A stretch of 64,000 nt of DNA from a virus. Taxonomy: Duplodnaviria > Caudoviricetes. Below are positions 1 to 6,841 of this stretch, piece after piece. The notes under the pieces were generated by a model that saw only the letters and a list, made by a program, of their open reading frames with translations, ran no database searches and had not been told where the DNA came from. Location of the stretch: positions 233,329 to 297,328 of the IMG/VR virus record IMGVR_UViG_3300029288_000056. One strand, 5' to 3'. Every line of letters starts with the position of its first letter. The first letter of the stretch is position 1. A program made the translations under genes and the position numbers.

Positions 1-560
1 CAACTACTGTCCATCCAAATTCCCTTATAATACGAACCATGAATTCTACTTGTTCCTGATTTTGTTCTATATCCCCCTGTTTTACCTTTACAACTTCTAG
101 AAATTTTATCTTTTATTTCTTGTGTTGGTATAGGATGATAATGCGCCCCGCAAAACCCAGTTTTGTTATTACTAAGTAGTCTTTTCCCGCAAACTATACA
201 TACTTTAAGTTCCTTCTGAGTTACTACCGTTCGACTTTTGACAGCTAATGTTTTCTTTAAAGTTTCTCCAGCTTTACGCTTAGATTCCTCTGTGGGATGT
301 CTTCCGTTAGCACAAGACCTTGAGCGGTGTTTGCGATATCTACCTATATTAAATCGGTGCGGCGTTACCAGAATCTCATATTCATTACCACACTTCTCGC
401 ATTTAAGTTTATATTCTTGCCGCCGTGTGAGATTTTCTTGCACTTTCTTCATATGCGCTTTTCTATTGGGATTATAAAAGCAATTAGTCTTGTGCCCACC
501 AAATTGCTGTCCATTAGAAAATTCTAACCATTTATTACAATGCTCACAATAATACTTCAT
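1..560 (-). CDS. Putative homing endonuclease (Zn-finger/NUMOD-like N-terminus, PD-(D/E)XK-type nuclease); runs off the window
   Basis: Manual translation from ATG at 560: MKYYCEHCNKW...CEKCG...CIVCGK...KGKTGGYRTKSGTSRIHGSYYKGIWMDSSW; the GGYR..SG....G.YKG.W.DSSW pattern is typical of free-standing phage endonucleases; no stop before position 1. Confidence 0.7.
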   Translation of the reverse strand, partial: MKYYCEHCNKWLEFSNGQQFGGHKTNCFYNPNRKAHMKKVQENLTRRQEYKLKCEKCGNEYEILVTPHRFNIGRYRKHRSRSCANGRHPTEESKRKAGETLKKTLAVKSRTVVTQKELKVCIVCGKRLLSNNKTGFCGAHYHPIPTQEIKDKISRSCKGKTGGYRTKSGTSRIHGSYYKGIWMDSS

Positions 561-633
561 CAGGGTCGGAGAGAATCGAACTCTCAATACTCACCTCGAA
601 AGGGTGATGGCTTAACCGTTCGCCTACGACCCC
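561..633 (-). tRNA. tRNA-Glu(TTC)
   Basis: Cloverleaf GGGGTCG/CGACCCT, anticodon arm TCACC-CTTTCGA-GGTGA, T arm GAGAG-TTCGATT-CTCTC; no CCA. Confidence 0.95.
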
Positions 634-639
634 ACAACC

Positions 640-1146
640 CTACTTAGTTGCGCGATAAATAGAGCTTTTGTATTCTTGATGTACATTGTCGATATTGCTT
701 AGTTTAAATCCCTTGATGATCTTATCGCAAGTAGCAGCAAGAATGTCTTGCATCTTACTCCAAAGCTTCAGTGAGTGAACTATTGGAGCATAAACTTCGA
801 TCTTGCCGGGGGTGAATGTCTTTTTACGACCATTCTCGAATTCAACTTCGAATCCGTCAATCTGACCGGTGAAGATCAGTTGCGCGTCCTTACTGTTAAG
901 GGCCTCCATTGCCAAATAGCGAGAAACAGCCTTAGGAGCACCAGCGCGCTTATCGTCAGGATTCAGATAAGAGATACCTGCACGATAAAGTCCATCAGAA
1001 CCGTAAACCCACGCCACGCATGCACTGTAGTTAAACAGATCTGCGTTTGAGCCAATGTAGAAGAAACCTACACGCTCAGCACCAAACTTGTTGCGGGTGT
1101 ACTCTCTGTATGTACTTTCACCTTTTGCAACCTTTTTAGTATTCAT
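640..1146 (-). CDS. Hypothetical protein
   Basis: 168-aa ORF with AGGAG RBS. Confidence 0.7.
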   Translation of the reverse strand: MNTKKVAKGESTYREYTRNKFGAERVGFFYIGSNADLFNYSACVAWVYGSDGLYRAGISYLNPDDKRAGAPKAVSRYLAMEALNSKDAQLIFTGQIDGFEVEFENGRKKTFTPGKIEVYAPIVHSLKLWSKMQDILAATCDKIIKGFKLSNIDNVHQEYKSSIYRATK

Positions 1147-1179
1147 TTTCTCTCCTTTCTTGAGATAATTATTTTAGAA

Positions 1180-1401
1180 TTATGCCTTTGGAAAACCATA
1201 ACTTTTCATACTTAATATAATTGAAAGTGGTAAGCATGTGTCTATCTGTAATTTTCTTTTACCAGATTCGGTTTTTGCCGCTAATAGAGCCTGCTCATGA
1301 GTATAACCAGCGTTTATAAGGATGCCAGCAATTTCATCTGGAAATTCGCGAGGAAATCCATTTTTAATTTTCTTTTGTAAACTAGGTGCAAATATTTTCA
1401 T
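1180..1401 (-). CDS. Hypothetical protein (probably leaderless)
   Basis: 73-aa ORF; ATG 7 nt after the -10 box of the repeated promoter. Confidence 0.6.
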   Translation of the reverse strand: MKIFAPSLQKKIKNGFPREFPDEIAGILINAGYTHEQALLAAKTESGKRKLQIDTCLPLSIILSMKSYGFPKA

Positions 1402-1408
1402 AATTTTT

Positions 1409-1437
1409 AGCCTAACATACTTTTCTGAAAAGTCAAG
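1409..1437 (-). promoter_or_regulatory. Repeated sigma70-type phage promoter
   Basis: TTGACT-16-TAGGCT with TG extension; member of a ~20-copy CTTGACTTT family. Confidence 0.75.
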
Positions 1438-1448
1438 CGTTTTCTTTT

Positions 1449-1520
1449 AGCCCTCATCTGGACTCGAACCAGAAATAGTTGACTACCGATCAACCGTTTT
1501 GCCATTAAAACTATAAGGGC
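1449..1520 (-). tRNA. tRNA-Thr(GGT), C33 variant
   Basis: GCCCTTA/TGAGGGC acceptor, anticodon arm GTTGA-TCGGTAG-TCAAC, T arm TCTGG-TTCGAGT-CCAGA. Confidence 0.88.
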
Positions 1521-1527
1521 TTAATAC

Positions 1528-2457
1528 TTAACGATACAGGGCGCGAATCGTGCCCATTGTAGTTGTCTCAACCGTACTGTCGGTTTGAATCTTGAGGATA
1601 GTAGCATTACTCCCCACGATGAAGCCTGATGTCTCGGAGGTGAGGCTGACGCCGAACAACGAACTGAACGAAGGAAGTTGTTCATTCAACAGCCATTGCA
1701 CACCGTTGTACTCAAGAATTACGCCATCCTGACCAACACACCACCCATGTGTTGGGGTGGGGAAGCAGATGCTGTAAAGCTTTGTATAAACCGGCTGTTG
1801 CACCATGGTCCAGCTTAATCCTTCATAGTGATAAAGGTGCCCTGCATCATCGCTTGCCCAGCCATTGTTGGAGATTACGAACCACAGACCGTAAATGATG
1901 TTGCCATACTGGGCATTCTTGGTTATCCAGTTGGAACCGGTCCAATGGCGTGTTTGCCCGGCTGAACCAGAGATCCAGAAGTCGGTGTTGTTGTTAACCC
2001 AGATGGAATGCCACTCGTAATTTCCGGGATTCGGTGTCATGTTCGTCCATGAGGAACCATCGTATTTGAGCATAGCCTGATTTCCTACCGCATATCCGTG
2101 CTGGCTGTCAATCATCCAGATCCCGTGTAATGTGTGTGTAGTAGGACTTGGTGTGGTCTCCCACACACTACCGTTATAGTGAAGGATTATTCCGCCTTCG
2201 CCAACAGCCCATGCGTTGTTATTGTCAGTTGCACTAATCCCATAAAGCGGATAAAGACCCGGAACGGGTGAAAGACCCCAACTGGTTCCATTCCATTTGG
2301 CTATAGTTCCGTAGTAACCACACAGCCAACCATAGTTTTCGCCGCGCATCTCTACATCGTAATAATCAAAGAAGCTTGGCGCAGGGACCGAAGTCCAGTA
2401 GTATCCTGCCGTCGCAAAACATACAAACATTAAAATAAACACAAACAGTTTTTTCAT
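1528..2457 (-). CDS. Secreted beta-propeller (YCF48/BNR-like repeat) protein
   Basis: Start reassigned to MKKLFVFILMFVCFATA (signal peptide, AGGAG RBS); repeats such as WAVGEGGIILHYNGSVW; C-terminal VETTTMGTIRALYR. Confidence 0.8.
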   Translation of the reverse strand: MKKLFVFILMFVCFATAGYYWTSVPAPSFFDYYDVEMRGENYGWLCGYYGTIAKWNGTSWGLSPVPGLYPLYGISATDNNNAWAVGEGGIILHYNGSVWETTPSPTTHTLHGIWMIDSQHGYAVGNQAMLKYDGSSWTNMTPNPGNYEWHSIWVNNNTDFWISGSAGQTRHWTGSNWITKNAQYGNIIYGLWFVISNNGWASDDAGHLYHYEGLSWTMVQQPVYTKLYSICFPTPTHGWCVGQDGVILEYNGVQWLLNEQLPSFSSLFGVSLTSETSGFIVGSNATILKIQTDSTVETTTMGTIRALYR

Positions 2458-2479
2458 TTCACTTCTCCTTTTGAAGTTG

Positions 2480-2552
2480 CGGGGGCAACGGGATTTGAAC
2501 CCGTAGTTTTCTGGCTGACAACCAGAGGCCTTGCCAATTTGGCCATACCCCC
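2480..2552 (-). tRNA. tRNA-Asp(GTC)
   Basis: GGGGGTA/TGCCCCC, arm TCTGG-TTGTCAG-CCAGA, T arm ACGGG-TTCAAAT-CCCGT. Confidence 0.95.
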
Positions 2553-3110
2553 AATTATTAAGCTCTTCCGTGAAGCCACAAGGGGTTGAATGGGAACACC
2601 CATTTTCCCTTGAGTTTATAAGCGTACTTGCAGCAGGGCACCCCGGGAATACAATACTCACACTGTCCCATGTCTGCACAATTGCCTTTTAAGTTCAGGC
2701 ACTTCTGTTTAACTACGTCTCCATCGGCTTTCTTCATTTACACCACCCTGTCGTCTGTTATGTATGTAGCCTTCTTAATCACCGTTTCGTTGTTCCCATT
2801 TGCCTAGTTCTTCTTGGCTAATCATAGCACCGATTACTAGAAACATTCCGACCCATCCTTGCCAAGTCGCCAAGTAGTTAAAGTTGACCCCCAGCATAAC
2901 GCCGTAAAGCAGGATCGTATAATTTAAAAGATACCACCAAGTACTCATTCTTCCAACCTACTTCCTAAAAGCAGGACTAGCTCACCATCAGAAGTTATAC
3001 GAACGTCGTCCTTATAATCCATACAATGAAGGTAATGGCATGTACCTAACATGCTCTTTTCTTTATCGGTCAATTCTCTTAATGTTATTTCACTCATTTA
3101 TCCTCCTATG

Positions 3111-3184
3111 AGACCGCGACTGGAATCGAACCAGTGCATTGACAGATTTGCAGTCTGCCGCCTTCCCTGCTTGGCTACGCGGTC
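3111..3184 (-). tRNA. tRNA-Cys(GCA)
   Basis: GACCGCG/CGCGGTC, U73, arm GCAGA-CTGCAAA-TCTGT. Confidence 0.95.
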
Positions 3185-3522
3185 ACAATTTCTACTGCGG
3201 GATCTTCCGCATAAACAGATCTAATATAATACTTCTGAAGGATCTTCTTCGCTTCCTCAAACTCACCGAGCTTTAGAGACTGGCTTAGCGCGACTAGATC
3301 TTCTAGTGATGCGCCCAACTCGATCGTCAGATACATTATTCTCCAACTCAGCGCCTCACTAAAGTCGGTTGGCACGTACGGTGGTTTTACCGTATCAAAG
3401 GCAAACTCGTTGGCCTTCATCGCCTCGTAGTGTTTGCAATCTTCCTGATCCTCGTCAAAAGCACAGTACCAACCTGAGGTACCGTTCAATTTCCAGTTTT
3501 CACATATCCAACAGTTTGGCAT
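3175..3522 (-). CDS. Hypothetical Cys-rich protein
   Basis: 115-aa ORF behind a repeated promoter (-35 at 3574-3579). Confidence 0.6.
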   Translation of the reverse strand: MPNCWICENWKLNGTSGWYCAFDEDQEDCKHYEAMKANEFAFDTVKPPYVPTDFSEALSWRIMYLTIELGASLEDLVALSQSLKLGEFEEAKKILQKYYIRSVYAEDPAVEIVTA

Positions 3523-3587
3523 GTCTCTCCAATGTTAATAACTTTACTGCTATTTTATCACTGTTTTTGGAAAAGTCAAGCACTTTT

Positions 3588-4304
3588 TTAGATCAATCTC
3601 TCCACTCGGTTGTACAAAACGTGAAACCGATTATCCGTGCTAAAGTGGTGTTCTATGTGGAAGTGCCCCGCATACCACCCCGAAAAATTCAGCTTTTGGT
3701 ATACCTCATCAAGAAAGTTACTTACAGGATCGTAAGCCTTCAACTCAAAGTTAGCGGGGGTTACGTTTTCCTTCTTAAAATATTCACGAACCGAATTAGG
3801 AATCGTATGTGTTAAAACAAAATCAACCGTGGGGTTTTCCTCTATCTTGGTCAGGACGTAGTTTTCTTCTTCCTTTGACAGAAGTTCTCCACTCCACCAA
3901 GAAAGGTGTTCACGCCTAAAGACCTTATCAACTGAGAGCGCACCACCGATAGTCAGTATCTTTTTACCGCAAATGTTGTAGATCTGTCCGCGCTTCAAAT
4001 GTACGATGTTACGGCTGTATCTTCCGACCAACCCCCCGCACCATCCCTCTTCGGGAAGTGCCTCAATGCGCTCATGGTTTTCGTGATTGCCGTCAATGAA
4101 GGCGACTTCATAAGGTCTATCATCGTACCAAGCGCGCCAATGTTTTTCTTCATCATTGTTCGGATCTCCGTGCCACAAAAGGCCAAAGTCTCCAAGCACG
4201 ATTAGAAGATCGCCCTGCTTTCCTTCGTCCCACTTTAAGACCTTGCCGATGTCGTGACTAAAGTGAGTGTCACCGGTCACGAATATGCGTTTAATTTCGT
4301 TCAT
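3588..4304 (-). CDS. Calcineurin-like metallophosphoesterase
   Basis: Motifs GDTH, LGDFG, DGNHE, LTHT, GHFH; start reassigned to MNEIKRIF, overlapping the upstream stop. Confidence 0.9.
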   Translation of the reverse strand: MNEIKRIFVTGDTHFSHDIGKVLKWDEGKQGDLLIVLGDFGLLWHGDPNNDEEKHWRAWYDDRPYEVAFIDGNHENHERIEALPEEGWCGGLVGRYSRNIVHLKRGQIYNICGKKILTIGGALSVDKVFRREHLSWWSGELLSKEEENYVLTKIEENPTVDFVLTHTIPNSVREYFKKENVTPANFELKAYDPVSNFLDEVYQKLNFSGWYAGHFHIEHHFSTDNRFHVLYNRVERLI

Positions 4305-5011
4305 AGCATCCTTTGTTTTGTCACGAAGTATTCCCTCATACAGTTCCCACAATAACGACAGCTCTTCTGAAGTTTTCCGCCACAAGAGTAAACCAATAGG
4401 TTAGCCAGAAATCTGTCTTCGATCAACCTCTGACCCATCTGATTAAGAACCCAGTATTCGTTTAGGGTGCGTGTTTTCCATTCGTAGTATGACTGAAAAT
4501 AAGGACGGTCCAATTGATGTGAATACGCCATGTACGTCAGAACCACCGGGACGCCTCTAGTGGTGTAGTACTCAACCGCCGGCGTTACCACAGTATCAAG
4601 GTTCCACACGCTTACCCTCACTCTAACAAACATGAGGTTGTACGGGGCCGGGCTCACCCTATGAAAGGATTTCTCCGTCATGTCACCCGGGTTTACCGTT
4701 AAGACTACGGGCCCACTGAACTCCTCGATCTTTTCGGGTACAGCAGTGTTGAAGAAATAGTTCTCAAAAGTCCGCGCCACAGATTCAACGAGTTCCCTCT
4801 CATTCGAGCTATCGTTCCCATCATTGATCCTAACGATTCTATTTTCCGTCAATTCCAACGGGGGAATGTTGGGCAGGTTTTCCTTGAGCGGTTCTAGATA
4901 ACTGCGGCCTGAAGCGTAAAAACAATCGTCGCAGTGATTCGGGCAAGTGCTAGTCTGTGGAATACAACAAATTATCCCACTGTTCTTAGTCTTGGGGTTC
5001 TCGATGTACAT
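4301..5011 (-). CDS. Radical-SAM-like Fe-S protein
   Basis: N-terminal CPNHCDDC (CX3CX2C) plus C-terminal C..CRYCGNC cluster. Confidence 0.6.
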   Translation of the reverse strand: MYIENPKTKNSGIICCIPQTSTCPNHCDDCFYASGRSYLEPLKENLPNIPPLELTENRIVRINDGNDSSNERELVESVARTFENYFFNTAVPEKIEEFSGPVVLTVNPGDMTEKSFHRVSPAPYNLMFVRVRVSVWNLDTVVTPAVEYYTTRGVPVVLTYMAYSHQLDRPYFQSYYEWKTRTLNEYWVLNQMGQRLIEDRFLANLLVYSCGGKLQKSCRYCGNCMREYFVTKQRML

Positions 5012-5262
5012 TATCCCTCGTATTTCATGTATTTAATGATTATCTTCTGTTGTGCTGGATCAACATGATATTCCTTCTCATAGCACTCGGGACAGATTGG
5101 TGTATCTTTAATCACTTCCCACTCTTTCTTGATCAATCTGTGGCACTCTTCACACTCGAAAAACTCTTCGCCACAATGTGGACATTGCATGGTTCCTCCT
5201 TTAACAAGCGTACAGGTATAGATGCCAGCCCCGTTCTTTGATTTTATCGTTATCCGGGCCAA
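5011..5262 (-). CDS. Small zinc-finger protein
   Basis: Three CXXC pairs. Confidence 0.6.
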   Translation of the reverse strand: MARITIKSKNGAGIYTCTLVKGGTMQCPHCGEEFFECEECHRLIKKEWEVIKDTPICPECYEKEYHVDPAQQKIIIKYMKYEG

Positions 5263-5596
5263 GAAAAGCTATAGCTCTGTTTAATAAATTAATCTGTTCC
5301 TCAGTGGGTTGTGTTATTCCAACTAATTTGCACTCTGGAAAATCGTATTGATCGAAACCGACTGCCGTGGATATTATCCCGACAACTGACCCTAAATACT
5401 CTCCCGTAGCCCAATCGGTTCCATAATCATAGACCGCGACGCCAAACTCGTCCTTCAGCCGTTTTTCTAATTCGTTAGAGATCTTTAGATACTCTTTGTA
5501 ATCATCGCTAGTCTTTTTCTGATCAACCAGCCATCCCAAATTCCAATCTTCTACGCGATATCCATAAGCCAATCCACAATTAAACTGAACAGACAT
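5201..5596 (-). CDS. Hypothetical protein (family shared with 55080-55508 and 55521-55907)
   Basis: RBS, upstream promoter, MSV....L.YGY N-terminus and W.L..Y C-terminus. Confidence 0.7.
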   Translation of the reverse strand: MSVQFNCGLAYGYRVEDWNLGWLVDQKKTSDDYKEYLKISNELEKRLKDEFGVAVYDYGTDWATGEYLGSVVGIISTAVGFDQYDFPECKLVGITQPTEEQINLLNRAIAFLGPDNDKIKERGWHLYLYAC

Positions 5597-5613
5597 GTTA
5601 TCTCCTTTTTAGG

Positions 5614-5643
5614 ACTATATCATAAGTCGTTAGAAAAGTCAAG
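5614..5643 (-). promoter_or_regulatory. Repeated sigma70-type promoter
   Basis: TTGACT-17-TATAGT with extended TG. Confidence 0.85.
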
Positions 5644-5652
5644 CAAAAAAAA

Positions 5653-5737
5653 TAGAGAACAGGTTGAGGTGAGATATTGGGTTTCCCGGATTTTTGGTGG
5701 AAAATTTTATCAATGTAATCCCACAAGCATTTCTCTA
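5653..5737 (-). ncRNA. Y-RNA-like element Y1 (short central domain)
   Basis: TAGAGAA/TTCTCTA terminal stem; ATGCTTGTGGGATTACATT...ATATCTCAC..CTG motif shared with four other copies; followed by a U-run. Confidence 0.8.
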
Positions 5738-6010
5738 ATTTAAATCAAGTAAAGCTGGATTTGTATATCTAAACTTCAGTCTACTGACCACGGACTCCAC
5801 TTCACTAATGGCGCCAGAGTTTTCAGCGTTATAACCCTTACCATAAAGCTCCGCCAAAATCCTCTCCACACAATCGATGGCTTTCTTAAGCGGTTTCCAA
5901 CCCCAGTTCTCGTAAACTCCCGTCATTGCGGAATTTGCTACTCCGCGCGCTATGATCATCCACTCGTCGTAAGTGAACTCCATAGACCATTTTTCATTGA
6001 ATGTTCTCAT
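5735..6010 (-). CDS. Hypothetical protein
   Basis: 91-aa ORF between Y-like RNAs. Confidence 0.7.
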   Translation of the reverse strand: MRTFNEKWSMEFTYDEWMIIARGVANSAMTGVYENWGWKPLKKAIDCVERILAELYGKGYNAENSGAISEVESVVSRLKFRYTNPALLDLN

Positions 6011-6497
6011 TCTTTTTCGCCACCTCGGGATTTTTTGCCGCTAAGTCCACAAATCTTAATAGACTCATGATTTCATTCTCCATTACCTTACGATCATCTT
6101 CGGTTGCTTCTTGTCTCTTTTTAAATAGATTAAATATAACCTGTGCCTGCATCTCTGTACATTTACCAGCCTTCATACACGTATTTATTTTGTCTATTAA
6201 AAGCTGCCCCACTTCGTGTTGATCCGCAAAGTCATATCTCAATCTATCATAGTGAGTGTGAATCTTCGGCTCAAAGTCTGTGGTGCGGTCAAATTTCATA
6301 TTTCTGATCGTTTTTTGCTCAAAGCTTTCCTTATTTTCTTCCGCTAGTGTATCTGCGACTTTGCGTACAAAGCTTCCCAAATCGTCTATCGCACTGATAA
6401 CTTCTTTTGATATTTCGTCGCCACTTTCGATCAGTCTGTCGACACTATACTTAATCTTATCCTTAAGTTTTGCAAGTTCTTCAATAAATTCCATCAT
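5994..6497 (-). CDS. Hypothetical helical protein
   Basis: Start reassigned to MMEFIEE after GGAGG RBS. Confidence 0.7.
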   Translation of the reverse strand: MMEFIEELAKLKDKIKYSVDRLIESGDEISKEVISAIDDLGSFVRKVADTLAEENKESFEQKTIRNMKFDRTTDFEPKIHTHYDRLRYDFADQHEVGQLLIDKINTCMKAGKCTEMQAQVIFNLFKKRQEATEDDRKVMENEIMSLLRFVDLAAKNPEVAKKNENIQ

Positions 6498-6516
6498 ATT
6501 CACCTCCGAAATAAAA

Positions 6517-6639
6517 TACCAGAACAGAATCGGCGAGATTTGCACCTCATTTCTGAGGTTGCCGGTTATTAGTCGGCCGCTTTTGCAGGGTATTCCCCTG
6601 CTGCAATTGTAATGTAATCCCTAACCAGCATTTCTGGTA
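6517..6639 (-). ncRNA. Y-RNA-like element Y2 (multi-hairpin central domain)
   Basis: TACCAGAA/TTCTGGTA stem; ATGCTGGTTAGGGATTACATT...AATCTCGCC..CTG; inner hairpins GCAGGG/CCCTGC and ACCTCA/TGAGGT. Confidence 0.8.
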
Positions 6640-6644
6640 AAACT

Positions 6645-6779
6645 TTTCGGGACAGAGTTAGTGAGTCGTATTTACGCGCTCCACCAGTTGAGCTATCTCG
6701 GCATAATGAGCCGAGAGTGGGATTCGAACCCACAACCACGTGCTCCATAGGCAATGTATACCCACAAGCATTCCCGAAA
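6645..6779 (-). ncRNA. YrlA-type Y RNA Y3 with circularly permuted tRNA-like domain
   Basis: TTTCGGGA/TCCCGAAA stem; conserved motif; T arm GTGGG-TTCGAAT-CCCAC, closed acceptor TCTCGGC-loop-GCCGAGA, D arm GCTC-AACTGGTG-GAGC; 63 nt downstream of Ro60. Confidence 0.88.
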
Positions 6780-6784
6780 TATGG

Positions 6785-6839
6785 AACGGACAATTGGTGA
6801 CTAATCCGGTTGCGGTAAGATATAGCCACCAATGCCGTG
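6785..6839 (-). ncRNA. Long hairpin directly after the Ro60 stop codon
   Basis: ACGG-C-ATTGGTGGCTA...TAGTCACCAAT-TGT-CCGT. Confidence 0.45.
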
Positions 6840-6841
6840 TA

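Noticed and set aside
2458-2679. N-terminal extension of the 383-aa ORF
   Set aside because: It runs through tRNA-Asp; the signal peptide and RBS place the start at 2457.
6690-6740. Canonical tRNA gene downstream of Ro60
   Set aside because: The T arm precedes the D arm and the acceptor is closed by a loop, so it is a permuted mimic rather than a tRNA.
6569-6832. 87-aa ORF downstream of Ro60 (also 8419-8610)
   Set aside because: Lies entirely over Y-like RNAs or tRNA-Trp and shows no protein features.
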